A model generated the notes under the pieces. The model was not told the origin of the DNA, ran no database searches, and was given only the letters and a program-made list of their open reading frames with translations. The position numbers and the translations under genes are program-made. Source: Pseudomonadales bacterium (GTDB lineage: Bacteria > Pseudomonadota > Gammaproteobacteria > Pseudomonadales > UBA5862). From it: a DNA stretch of 64,000 nucleotides. Of the stretch, positions 10,701-17,787 are shown piece after piece. Within the stretch, counting starts at the first letter, position 1. Each line of letters starts with the position of its first letter. Location: assembly GCA_024234215.1 (NCBI GenBank), contig JACKOQ010000001.1, forward strand, positions 671,674 to 735,673. The letters are read 5' to 3'.

Positions 10701-12249
10701 CAGTGCCGGACAGGACATCCTCAATCTGACCCTGTTCGGCCAGCACCATCGCAGCACTGATGTCACCCTGATCGAGGCCGGTCGCAACCTCCTCAACACC
10801 ACCTTGCTCGGCAACAATGGTCTGATCTCGCTGGCGGGGCCCGGCAGGCTGGAGATCAGCGCCGGACGGCAGCTCAATCTCGGCGCCTCGGCCGGGGTGG
10901 AGACGGTGGGCAACCTCTACAACGGCACGCTGCCGGTCCAGGGCGCAGCGGTGCAGTTGGCGGCGAGCCAGGCGGCCACGCTCGATGCGCAGGGGCTCGA
11001 TCAGTTCTTGAGTCGCTATCTTGCCGCCTCCGGTGCCCCGAGCGGCGCGGATTACCGGAATGCACTGGTCGATCAGGTCAGGCAGACGCTCGGGCAGGGC
11101 AGAGAGGTCGAATACGGCTACGACGATGCACTGGCGCTGTTCCGTGGCTTCGGCAGTGAGGCGCAGGTCGCCTTCATACAGCAGGTTCTGGCACAGGAGT
11201 TCGCCAACAGCTATCTGCAACCGGGCCAGACCTATTCGGCAGCTTGGGCCGCGAATGCCGCTGCGGCCGGGGTGGCGGTGGACCACCATGCCGGCAGGGC
11301 CTTCGAGCAGATGCGCCGCGAGGTCATGTTCAACGAGATCAGGCTGGCCGGCATCGCCGGTGCGGCCGCCAGGGGTGCGGCTGCCAAGGAGGCAGGCTAT
11401 GCCCCGGGCTACCGGGCCATCGAATTGGCGGGCCATGGCGCACCCTTTGGCTTCGTTGGCGGCATCGACCTCAGCCAGAGCAAGGTGCAGACCAAGAGCG
11501 GTGGCGGCATCGACTTCGTCAACCCGGGCGGTGGAGTGAACGTCGGGCTGAGTGCCGAGGTCTCCAACGTCATCGGCCAGGCCAAGTCGGCGGACCAGCG
11601 TGGCGTGGTGACCTTTGGCGGTGGCGGCATCCGCGCCTTCACCGATGGCGATTTTCTGGTCAACGCACAGAAGGTCTTCGTGATCGGCAGCGGCGACATC
11701 CTGCTGTGGAGTTCCAACGGCAACATCGACTCCGGCAAGGGCTCGAACAACACGGTGACGGTGCCGCCACTGGTGCCGAAGGTCAATCCGCTCGACGGCA
11801 GCATCTCGTTCGAGTTGCCGACCCTGGCCACCGGCAGCGGCATCGGCATTCTGGCCGCGGCCGGCAGCAGCGCGGATGGCGCGGCCTACCTGTTTGCACC
11901 ACGTGGCGAGGTGATTGCGCTGGATGCCTTCATTCGCGCGCCAGTCATCTTCTTCGATCCGGAAAAGATTCGTGGCGCCGACAACGCGCTGGGGGTGGCG
12001 CCCAATCCGGTCAGCGCGCCGGCGGTGCCGACAGTGACCGGCCTCGGCAGCAGCGCCACGCAGAACAGTGAAGCGCAGAGCAGGGGCAGCGAAGCGCCCC
12101 AGCGTAGCGAACGCGAGAGAAGCTCGATTCTGACGGTCGAGGTGCTGGCACTCGGCGAGATGCCTGCCGCTGCCGGTGGCGCGACAGGCCCGGAGCCGGC
12201 GACGGAGGGCGATCCCGACGAGCGGAAAAAGAAGAAATCGATACAGTGA
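1792..12249 (+). CDS. Giant TpsA-family exoprotein (filamentous-hemagglutinin-like, 3485 aa)
   Basis: The N-terminus has an extended signal peptide region, MNRGIHRLIFDPRRAMLVPVAESVRAR. It is followed by a TPS/haemagglutination-activity domain (ILNWSSFDIGRDHSVRFNQP...ALNRIGGSSPSVILGSLEANGELILYNANGVLFG). The remainder is thousands of residues of Gly/Ala/Leu-rich beta-helix-type repeats. An AGGAG RBS precedes the ATG. Confidence 0.95.
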   Translation: MNRGIHRLIFDPRRAMLVPVAESVRARRSTAAGSGRLVGLCALLTLLLPAALWPRLASAARPLPSSATQAPQANLPQAAAQFNQLGRATQAVDATNPQRLLVEQQDQRVILNWSSFDIGRDHSVRFNQPTGGSALNRIGGSSPSVILGSLEANGELILYNANGVLFGSGATVSSGNFIATTLNIADQQFEQGFRNITRHAPAFAAADGELEGFVRVEAGASIAAASGGDIMLFAPRLLNEGRLSAPSGQVALAAGQKVYLAASLNPSERGLLVEVDPFEAAVTGGDPDYNRAENAARGSTSTLSNGQLVQRVNEIVAERGSVSMVGLSVRQNGTVRATTAVKGQNGAIRLLAHGKTVSASHSDGITGHTMAAASEFGELVVGPQSVTRIDADTSSATQLDAEPFYNSTVSLEGKQIHLQGGAQIIAPGAGGVTPAADAQYPETRRGVTLRASATPLSSGALGVANASSSDDSRIVIDPGVLIDVSGNDVDLPMQRNVLTGRLFSIQLADSPLQRTGVLYRQEISFDLRKGLSIADVDDFYGQIGRTAAERLTAGGRIDIRADGAVVVGEGATLDFSGGSLRYAGGEIRTTQLRKGNQLVDISAARPDVVYDQIMPSTRGRYEPGYVEGRNAGELTLVGRQLLLDGTLRGGVQLGRYQRGGPAGASPLAGRLQLGMVAGPAASPDHYLSSVLLAAAGGERVGADFFANPFTALLPAARTATTTLSSRMLMAGGLGRIELLANDRVQVAADSDLDLGPGGSFTATARRIEVEGRIQAAAGGITLNARPTILTGATPAPNAGLSVLLAPSARLDTAGRWSNDALGTLHGTTFDAPVAVGGGSIKVAAYDSVLLAAGAALDVSAGAWRSATGKVSQGAAGAIDLAANVGNGDPLTQSGTVQLAGSVTGYGFAGGGRLTLSSLEITVADLASGGLWLMPAFFSDHGFETIDLRSIDDLLIADGTRIDARLRNRVLDIDAADRPSGTPISALSHFAVPGEQDEVANRPVNLNFAATRLPSASAGITGANLQVGRGASVATTAGGALSFSAGNSLTVAGTLQALGGTIDLSIEGVRGGSASDPDKIGFLPAQALWLTDTARLLAGGTAEQSYSPLGLRSGVVHGGGTVTLNANRGYLLAEAGSLIDISGHETTFDLYAGRANALISRDAGSLTLTSPEGILFDATLRAMAPSPHALGGRLALSISRQGLDNFTEGTAYPTGERKILLQRDGTVLPAGLHPGDVLDLALGNGVAALSAAAVESAGFASVRLRADDRIEFTQDVALATARALELDSRVISAQGSAAVLLEAPYLRLGDSDIQPVAGMAAPTAAAGMATLTAHADLIDLVGTLGLQGFSATQLNAARHGLQQGEIRLHGAPLSGTAQRGALLFAGTLDLTAGQITPTTFSTFDITGLSGDSLLRTHAPVGGSTAALPLSAFGSLRLSADAIEHGGVIRAPFGRLELAATNRLELLDGSELSLAGSGLTVPVGTTVNGSSWNYFPLGTAAGNAELFRTITALPVDRQVLLNGGTMAISAGARVSAAGGGAVQAAEFIAGAGGSIDYLASTPGLHAVLPGYSFGYAPHDAQIQAGTDLLPGEQIVITMAGSALAPGRYTLLPAAYALLPGAVLVSRAADQGSSALDRALLLSDGSRVVTGYRTVAGTAAMDDLQRYLVEPAATFRAKAEYRLVSGDDFFSGQAARLGGDPGRLTRDAGRISLVANQLLDWKALFDLSAPLGGRAGEFDLVLPNIVLTREGEAASAGHTAADGYTQVSIDRLMATGAGSILLGGTRSGDGVVSITTGSERVRVESGLQLDELLLAARRAVEVADDVDMSATGRRDSAAGQLNLSGDGALLRISNRMGVDLVRSGVARAAGFGDLLIGANTTFNAAQVEIDATGSLTLDSSARLFADAFGLGAGRIAFSAASPEGDGVVIEGALLDSVRGASSLSLRSYSTIDFLDSLDLALVGSGRLLLDAASLRGLGDADDVVHLRAGEVLLRNSSGGALAAQGQGRLTIEAQPPLRDRVTGGLELGGGSQALGFDQVTLSSAGDLIFSGSGQLTTLDRLDLLAQRLTTTTAADHTVTAGGVLTIGRPTAGHSLNERVGLGGKLTLTGQQVFQHGTIDLPGGQISLIATNSANAVQGIELSAGSITRAGGFATTLPEGGAAFGDAGWIDLTARQGAILIDGRVSVAAQAGGGHAGRLSLSAIGSDGTLILGDNALLEGEAGDGGAGGSFSADLMTLPDDAADGSDGLDGVAAATGDFSHLFNLRVGSGDVALNTGQVKAGQILISADAGSLTIGSTLDARAARGGVVQLSARDALTLANGGRILANSTRAGANGGDVLLSSSTGRVTVAAGAAIDAGGDDDKDGRVVLRAERSGTTVKVDPIAGVINAAEVSIEALRRYVGSSIKSGTTLGAAIGQSTLLADITSFMANKSAILTALGVATDPRFHLRPGVEVTSSADLTLTNDWNLYAASRPGGEPGFLTLRAAGNLNISNNLSDGFNGLLRTSLLQSGDAWSMRLVGGADLAAANPLAVNRNPIGDLTLAGGKLLRTSSGSIELAAGRDIVLGGTTTAPATVMVTGTASTLAPALAAEFTTPANALFTAHGGRLTASAGRDIRSPVSDQTLINNWFWRSGRLDAGGNFSSSSLAWWSRLDLFRHGFGSFGGGNILLSAGRNLQDVGAFAPSSARMTSRIPDASKLLVENGGDIEVLAGGDIAGGSFFVGRGQGLIRAAGEIGSGTALNSTIGPLAPVLALNDGGWTLRGRSDVAITAAFNPTIMVPNSSNSGSFFYSYGSSATLNLASTAGDFHWQDLSSAGLNSLRALPTGTGTLNEDLVSFVPVTTPTPYIAPPRVEIMAHAADVVLSGNRNNTLGISLYPSTLGSLVLHAGGDLFLNSSLRMMDNRLADLAGVTNPVFTATNSAILGLVGSTIGYDINKLLFTDLHQADSNPVHIDARGSLNVVDGKKLIMPKQALLSAGQDILNLTLFGQHHRSTDVTLIEAGRNLLNTTLLGNNGLISLAGPGRLEISAGRQLNLGASAGVETVGNLYNGTLPVQGAAVQLAASQAATLDAQGLDQFLSRYLAASGAPSGADYRNALVDQVRQTLGQGREVEYGYDDALALFRGFGSEAQVAFIQQVLAQEFANSYLQPGQTYSAAWAANAAAAGVAVDHHAGRAFEQMRREVMFNEIRLAGIAGAAARGAAAKEAGYAPGYRAIELAGHGAPFGFVGGIDLSQSKVQTKSGGGIDFVNPGGGVNVGLSAEVSNVIGQAKSADQRGVVTFGGGGIRAFTDGDFLVNAQKVFVIGSGDILLWSSNGNIDSGKGSNNTVTVPPLVPKVNPLDGSISFELPTLATGSGIGILAAAGSSADGAAYLFAPRGEVIALDAFIRAPVIFFDPEKIRGADNALGVAPNPVSAPAVPTVTGLGSSATQNSEAQSRGSEAPQRSERERSSILTVEVLALGEMPAAAGGATGPEPATEGDPDERKKKKSIQ

Positions 12250-12393
12250 GTGATGCCGGCTGTGGCGACGAAGCCGATGGCAGGGAGCGACCGAAGCGGG
12301 CAGGACTCGCGCCTGCCGATGCGGGGGTTGTTGAACCGAAGCCGCTGCGGCATGCTTTGGCACCGCTGCGCCGCAGACAGGAGAGCTCGATCG

Positions 12394-12990
12394 ATGCCGG
12401 AAAAACCTTTTTCCCAAGCCTGCGAAAACAACCGGCAGCCGATCGTCGAGCTGTTGCAGCGCATCCTGGCCGACTGCCGTGAGCTGCTCGAAATCGGCAG
12501 CGGCACCGGCCAGCATGCGGTCCACTTTGCGCCGCGGCTGCCCCAGCTGCGCTGGCAGACCAGTGACCTGGCGCAGCACCATGCCGGCATCAGTGCCTGG
12601 CTTGCCGAGCAGCCGGCACCCAATCTGCTGCCACCGATCGAACTGGATGTCGACCGGTTGCCATGGCCGGTGGCCGGCAAGGATGGCATTTTCACCGCCA
12701 ACACCTGCCACATCATGGGCTGGTCCACGGTCTGCAACCTGTTTCGTGGTGCGCAGGCGCTGCTGCCGAGCGGGGGCCTGCTGGTGGTCTATGGTCCCTT
12801 CAACTATGGGGGCGAGTTCACCGCGCCGAGCAATGCCCGTTTCGATCTCTGGCTGAAGCAGCAGGCACCGCAGATGGGCATTCGCGATTTCGAGGCGGTG
12901 GACCGACTGGCGAACGAGGCCGGCATGACGCTGCGCGAAGACAACGCCATGCCGGCCAACAACCGGCTGCTGGTCTGGCAGAAGCGTTGA
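12394..12990 (+). CDS. DUF938-family SAM-dependent methyltransferase-like protein
   Basis: Motifs: ENNRQPIVELL, LEIGSGTGQHAVHFAPRLPQLRWQTSD, ANTCHIMGW, GPFNYGGEFTAPSNARFDLWL, GIRDFEAV, MPANNRLLVWQK. The start is set at ATG 12394, which follows AGGAGAG; the ORF track extends to 12250. Confidence 0.85.
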   Translation: MPEKPFSQACENNRQPIVELLQRILADCRELLEIGSGTGQHAVHFAPRLPQLRWQTSDLAQHHAGISAWLAEQPAPNLLPPIELDVDRLPWPVAGKDGIFTANTCHIMGWSTVCNLFRGAQALLPSGGLLVVYGPFNYGGEFTAPSNARFDLWLKQQAPQMGIRDFEAVDRLANEAGMTLREDNAMPANNRLLVWQKR

Positions 12991-13135
12991 CCTTCGCGGT
13001 TTTCATGCCCTTTGCCGGCTGTGCTACAGTTAGGATCGTGAATTCGCGCACGAATCCTGTCGAGGGCCGAGGCCGGCGTGCCGATCGATGACCTGCTGTT
13101 TCAAAGCCCCATGGACTGTCCCGGTTGAGTGACCG

Positions 13136-13741
13136 ATGACCAGACCGAACCATCTGTACCAGCTCATTCTCGTGCTCACGCTCGCGCTCTGGAGCGCCGC
13201 GGCCGCGGCGACACGTGGTCCGGCGGCGCTGGAGGTCGATCCGGAGCTGCGCAGCCATCTGCTGAAGGTGATTCGCGACGATGAGGCCTCGCTCTTTGTC
13301 GACCGCTTCGATGCCGAAGTGTGGATGATGGACATGGAGCAGCGGTTGCGCCGCTTCGTGCCGGCCACCCAGGAGCGGATCACGCTGCTGCGGCTGGTGC
13401 ACCGCGAGTCGGTGCGTCATGGCCTGCGGCCGGAGATTCTGCTGGCGGTGATCGAGGTCGAGAGTCTGTTCGACCGCTATGCGGTCTCTTCCAGCGGTGC
13501 CCAGGGGTTGATGCAGGTGATGCCGTTCTGGCGCAAGGAGATCGGCCGTCCGCATGACAACCTGACCCAGACCGAAATCAATGTCCGCTACGGCGCCGCG
13601 ATTCTGGCGCACTACCTGCAACGTGAGCGTGGCAACCTGCCCAACGCGCTGGCCCGCTACAACGGCAGTCTGGGGCAGGCGTGGTATCCGCGCCGGGTGC
13701 TGAGTGCCTGGCGAAAACACTGGTATCTTGGCGAGATCTGA
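13136..13741 (+). CDS. Soluble lytic transglycosylase (SLT) domain protein with signal peptide
   Basis: SLT catalytic motif (LLAVIEVESLFDRYAVSSSGAQGLMQVMP) followed by NVRYGAAILAHYL. The N-terminus has a hydrophobic signal sequence. Confidence 0.85.
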   Translation: MTRPNHLYQLILVLTLALWSAAAAATRGPAALEVDPELRSHLLKVIRDDEASLFVDRFDAEVWMMDMEQRLRRFVPATQERITLLRLVHRESVRHGLRPEILLAVIEVESLFDRYAVSSSGAQGLMQVMPFWRKEIGRPHDNLTQTEINVRYGAAILAHYLQRERGNLPNALARYNGSLGQAWYPRRVLSAWRKHWYLGEI

Positions 13742-13754
13742 ACGCCGCCAGGCG

Positions 13755-14654
13755 TCAGCCCTTCTCGTTGGCTGGCCGCCAGCGATGCGCCATCTGCCGC
13801 GCGGTATCGAGCGCCAGATGGAGTGACCTCAAGCGGGCGAGCAGATGCAGTGCCATGTCGATGCCGGCCGCGACGCCCGCCGAAGTGATGACCTTCCCCT
13901 CGTCCAGATAGCGCACCCCCTCCACCACCTGCAGGTCACCAAAACGGGCAGCCAGTTCGGCGCAATCTTCCCAGTGGGTGGTGACGCGGCGGCCGGCGAG
14001 CAGGCCGGCCTGCGCGGCCAGAAAGGCACCGGTACAGACCGTGGCGGTGATCTGCGCGCCTCGGGCAGTGGTGGCGATCCAGTCGATCAGTGTCGCGCGA
14101 TCGAGCAGGGCGTCGATGTCACCGCCGGGCAGGAGCAGCAGGTCGATCGCGGGGTGCTGGTCAAGGCCGTGGCTCGGCATCAGCAGCAGATCGCCGCGAC
14201 TGCGGACCACGTGGCCGGGCTGCTCGGCCACGGTGATCAGCTCGAACAGCGCCGGTGCCGCAGGGTGGGCACGCCGGTGCAGCCGCGCGGCGGTCGAGAA
14301 CACCTCGAACGGGCCGGCCAGATCCATCGGTTCGATCTGGTCGAACAGCACAAAGGCCACTGTCATCGGCGATGCGGAGGGTTGTTGTCGGATGACGAAA
14401 TCATCGAAGCGCTGCGTTGGCAATGGATCGACCCGTACCCGGTCGACCCGGGCCAGTGCTGGGCCGCGCCGCAGCCACTGTGCGAGCGCCGTGACCGCCT
14501 CTTCTTCGCCGCTCATCACCACTTCGACCTGCCCATCCGCCAGGTTGCGGGCATGGCCGGTGACGCCCAGTCGCAGGGCTTCGCGTCGGGTGGCGGCGCG
14601 AAAGCCGACCTGCTGTACCTTGCCACTGACGAGAACATGCAGGCAGCGTGTCAT
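13755..14654 (-). CDS. Fusion protein: N-terminal acylphosphatase domain plus C-terminal DJ-1/PfpI (class I glutamine-amidotransferase-like) domain
   Basis: Residues 1-90 carry both acylphosphatase signatures (VSGKVQQVGFR and GHARNLADGQVEVV). Residues ~97-299 carry a DJ-1/PfpI fold with the nucleophile elbow ATVCTGAFLAAQAGLLAGRRVTTHW. Confidence 0.8.
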   Translation of the reverse strand: MTRCLHVLVSGKVQQVGFRAATRREALRLGVTGHARNLADGQVEVVMSGEEEAVTALAQWLRRGPALARVDRVRVDPLPTQRFDDFVIRQQPSASPMTVAFVLFDQIEPMDLAGPFEVFSTAARLHRRAHPAAPALFELITVAEQPGHVVRSRGDLLLMPSHGLDQHPAIDLLLLPGGDIDALLDRATLIDWIATTARGAQITATVCTGAFLAAQAGLLAGRRVTTHWEDCAELAARFGDLQVVEGVRYLDEGKVITSAGVAAGIDMALHLLARLRSLHLALDTARQMAHRWRPANEKG

Positions 14655-14720
14655 GCCGTACTCCGAAGGTCGCTTTGCTCTGGCGGATAGGTTAACTTGG
14701 GGCCCGCCGGTCCGTAAAAT

Positions 14721-15161
14721 GTGAACCAGCGCACAACATCGACCATTGCACGGGGTATGGAGATGACCGAAAAGAGCATTGTGATCGAGGCCATCGGACC
14801 ACAGAGCACACGCTATCAGGAGCTGGCCAAGGGCATTCAGGCGAGCTTTCGCGGCCGCGGCATCGTGGTGCAGGCACCCAGGACCAAGAGCGAATCAAGC
14901 TGGACCAGCGTCATCATCTCGGTCAGCAGCGGCATCGAGACCGACCTGCTCAACAACCTGATCGACCTGCTGACGACGCTGGCCGATGGCGAGCAGGAGA
15001 AGCATGACCTGTCGATCCATCTGGAAGGTGACGAGGTCTTCTATGACCTGCAGAAAGAGAAGCAGAAGTTCCTGACGCGTTATCCACAGATGAAGCCGAA
15101 GTCAGGGGCCGTGACCAAGGCGCGGTCGACCGACGACCTCGAAGAGTCGGCCATCGAGTAG
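14721..15161 (+). CDS. Hypothetical protein (orphan; no motif recognised)
   Basis: 146-codon ORF in an otherwise unassigned gap, acidic and Lys-rich, with somewhat lower GC than its neighbours. The start is ambiguous (GTG 14721, ATG 14757 or ATG 14763). Confidence 0.4.
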   Translation: MNQRTTSTIARGMEMTEKSIVIEAIGPQSTRYQELAKGIQASFRGRGIVVQAPRTKSESSWTSVIISVSSGIETDLLNNLIDLLTTLADGEQEKHDLSIHLEGDEVFYDLQKEKQKFLTRYPQMKPKSGAVTKARSTDDLEESAIE

Positions 15162-15198
15162 CGGTCGACCCTTGCACATTTGAGCCATCGACCCTTCG

Positions 15199-16722
15199 TC
15201 AGCGAATGGTCACCTTCTGTGCGGCGATTCGTGCCTGCCACTGCTCCGGCCCACTGCGGTGCACCGAGTTGCCCGAGGTGTCGACCGCGACTGTGACCGG
15301 CATCTCTTCCACCTCGAATTCGTGGATCGCCTCCATGCCCAGGTCGGCGAAGGCCACCACCCGTGATTTTCGAATCGCCTTGGAGACCAGATAGGCCGCA
15401 CCGCCAATCGCGATCAGGTAGACCGCCTTGTGGGCGCGGATGCTGTCGATGGCAGCCTGCCCCCGTTCGGCCTTGCCGACCATGCCGAGCAGGCCGGTCT
15501 TCTCCAGCATCACCTCGGTGAACTTGTCCATCCGGGTTGCCGTGGTCGGGCCGGCCGGGCCGACCACTTCGTCGCGCACCGGATCGACCGGCCCGACGTA
15601 GTAGATGAAGCGGCCCTTGAAGTCGACACCGTCCGGCAACTGTTCGCCGCGGGCGAAGAGGTCGGCAATGCGCTTGTGCGCGGCATCGCGGCCAGTCAGC
15701 ATCTTCCCGCTCAGCAGCAGGTTGTCACCCGGCTTCCAGCTGGCGACCTCGTCGGCGGTGAGGGTGTCGAGGTTGACGCGACGGGACGTGGGGCCGGCCT
15801 CCCACACCAGCTTGGGCCAGTCATCCAGACGCGGTGGCGTCAGCTCGGCCGGCCCGGAGCCATCCAGCGTGAAGTGGACATGGCGGGTGGCGGCGCAGTT
15901 GGGAATCATCGCCACCGGCAGCGAGGCGGCGTGGGTGGGGTGGTCCATGATCTTGACGTCGAGCACGGTGGTGAGGCCGCCCAGGCCCTGGGCACCGATG
16001 CCGAGGTCATTGACCGCTTCGAAGATCTGCAACCGCAGCTCCTCCAGCCGGTTGCTCGGGCCGCGGGCTTTCAGTTCATCGATGTCGATCGGTTCCATCA
16101 GCGACTCCTTGGCCATCAGCATCGCCTTTTCGGCGGTGCCGCCAATGCCGATGCCCAACATGCCGGGCGGACACCAGCCGGCGCCCATGGTCGGCACCGT
16201 CTTCACCACCCAGTCGAGGATGCTGTCGCTGGGGTTGAGCATCGCCAGCTTCGATTTGTTCTCCGAACCGCCACCCTTGGCAGCGACGGTGACCTCGAGT
16301 CTGTCGCCCGGCACCAGTTCCATGTGGATCACCGCCGGGGTGTTGTCACGGGTGTTGCGGCGCGCGCCGGCCGGGTCGGCCAGCACCGAGCCGCGCAGCA
16401 GGTTGTCGGGGTGGGTGTAGGCGCGGCGCACCCCTTCGTTGACCATCTCGGTGACGCTGAGCGTCCCCTCCCAGCGCAGCTGCATGCCGACCTTCAGAAA
16501 GACGTTGACGATGCCGGTGTCCTGGCAGATCGGGCGGTGGCCCTCTGCGCAGAGGCGTGAATTGACCAGAATCTGCGCCATCGCCTCCTTTGCGGCCGGC
16601 GACTCCTCGGCCTGATAGGCGCGGTGCAGCGCCTGAATGAAGTCGAGTGGATGGTAGTAGGAGATGTACTGAAGCGCGTCGGCGACGCTGTCGATCAGAT
16701 CCTGCTGGCGGATGAGGGTCAT
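15199..16722 (-). CDS. fumA: Class I (Fe-S dependent) fumarate hydratase, single-polypeptide type
   Basis: 507 aa counted from MTLIRQQDLIDSV. Class I fumarase motifs are present: ICQDTGIVNVFLKVG, GGGSENKS, CPPGMLGIGIGGT, and the C-terminal beta-domain GPTTATRMD. The ORF track start at 16797 is a likely over-extension. Confidence 0.93.
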   Translation of the reverse strand: MTLIRQQDLIDSVADALQYISYYHPLDFIQALHRAYQAEESPAAKEAMAQILVNSRLCAEGHRPICQDTGIVNVFLKVGMQLRWEGTLSVTEMVNEGVRRAYTHPDNLLRGSVLADPAGARRNTRDNTPAVIHMELVPGDRLEVTVAAKGGGSENKSKLAMLNPSDSILDWVVKTVPTMGAGWCPPGMLGIGIGGTAEKAMLMAKESLMEPIDIDELKARGPSNRLEELRLQIFEAVNDLGIGAQGLGGLTTVLDVKIMDHPTHAASLPVAMIPNCAATRHVHFTLDGSGPAELTPPRLDDWPKLVWEAGPTSRRVNLDTLTADEVASWKPGDNLLLSGKMLTGRDAAHKRIADLFARGEQLPDGVDFKGRFIYYVGPVDPVRDEVVGPAGPTTATRMDKFTEVMLEKTGLLGMVGKAERGQAAIDSIRAHKAVYLIAIGGAAYLVSKAIRKSRVVAFADLGMEAIHEFEVEEMPVTVAVDTSGNSVHRSGPEQWQARIAAQKVTIR

Positions 16723-16812
16723 GGGAAGGGCTCCTGGTGGACGGTGTCGACGCGATGACGCGCATTTTACTACAGCAGCGAGGTGGCACTGCTGCAAGCC
16801 ATGGGTGCGGGT

Positions 16813-17787
16813 TCAGATCGCCTGCATCCAGTGTTGGTCGGTGTGACTGTGGGGGTGCGTGGCATCGACGGCGATGCGCACCGGCTCCGGATCGAGCGTG
16901 ATCGTCACCGGCAGGCAGCCATGCGGATCGCCATCGAGCTGGATCGGTTCACCCACTGCGCCTTCGACGTGGATGTGGCTGCCGAGGGCCCGCCGCACGC
17001 CGGGCAATCGGCTGGAGCGGCCGGTGGGCAGCGCCAGCAGATAGCTCAGCAGGCCAAGCCGGGTATGGCGCTCGAGCATGACCAGGTTGAGGTGGGGCGC
17101 GAACAGGCTCGCCTCGGGGTCGAGCACGAAGGGGCCGGCATAGTGACGGGCATGGCTGATGATCAGCGAGCCGACCTGCCACTGCCGGTCGTCGCTGCGC
17201 ACCCGATAGCGCTGGCGGCCATAGCGGCCGACCATTCTGGCCATCGTCAGCAGGTAGGCACCCTTGCCCAGCCGGCGTTTGAGGTCGAGGTCGACGCCAT
17301 TCACCACCCAGGCATCGAAGCCGATGCCGCACATCAGCAGAAAGCGCCGGCCATTGGCCAGGGCCGGATGCAGCACGACCTCGCTGTCACCGGCCAACAC
17401 CTGGGCCAGCCGGTCGGGCTGGGTCGGCAACGCCAGCTCGCGGCAGAGCACATTGGAGGTGCCGAGCGGAATCAGACCCAGGCGGCAGGCGCGCCCGCGC
17501 GTGCCATTCAGCACTTCGTTGAGGGTGCCGTCACCGCCGGCGGCAACGATGCAGTCGAAGCGGTCCGGGTGATCACGCAGCAGCCGCTCCCCTTCGCCGG
17601 GGGCGCTGGTCTGCCGGATCAGCAGTTCGCAGCCCTGCCGACGCAGCGCGGCGATCACGGCATTCAGATAGTCCTGACGGCGGCGACCGGCGACCGGGTT
17701 GTGGATGATCAGCAGTCGCTTGCTGGCGGTGGCGGGCGTGTACCGGAGCTCAGCATCCAGGCGTCGTGGTGGTGGCCGCTCAGCCAC
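16813..17787 (-). CDS. Diacylglycerol-kinase-family lipid kinase (YegS/BmrU-like)
   Basis: LLIIHNPVAGRR followed by IVAAGGDGTLNEVLNG and LGLIPLGTSNVL. The GTG start overlaps the stop of the upstream gene by 8 nt (GTGGCTGA). Confidence 0.85.
   Translation of the reverse strand: MAERPPPRRLDAELRYTPATASKRLLIIHNPVAGRRRQDYLNAVIAALRRQGCELLIRQTSAPGEGERLLRDHPDRFDCIVAAGGDGTLNEVLNGTRGRACRLGLIPLGTSNVLCRELALPTQPDRLAQVLAGDSEVVLHPALANGRRFLLMCGIGFDAWVVNGVDLDLKRRLGKGAYLLTMARMVGRYGRQRYRVRSDDRQWQVGSLIISHARHYAGPFVLDPEASLFAPHLNLVMLERHTRLGLLSYLLALPTGRSSRLPGVRRALGSHIHVEGAVGEPIQLDGDPHGCLPVTITLDPEPVRIAVDATHPHSHTDQHWMQAI

Noticed and set aside
11359-12393. Possible CDI-type toxin at the TpsA C-terminus, with an immunity gene downstream.
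   Set aside because: There is no VENN or other pre-toxin demarcation; only VENG occurs, inside a repeat. The C-terminus is a conserved-looking beta-rich block followed by a low-complexity tail. The 144-nt gap before the DUF938 gene contains no credible small ORF.
12990-13135. Imperfect inverted repeat AGGATCGTG-aattcgcg-CACGAATCCT between the DUF938 gene and the SLT gene.
   Set aside because: The stem is short and imperfect and has no U-tract, so it cannot be distinguished from chance.
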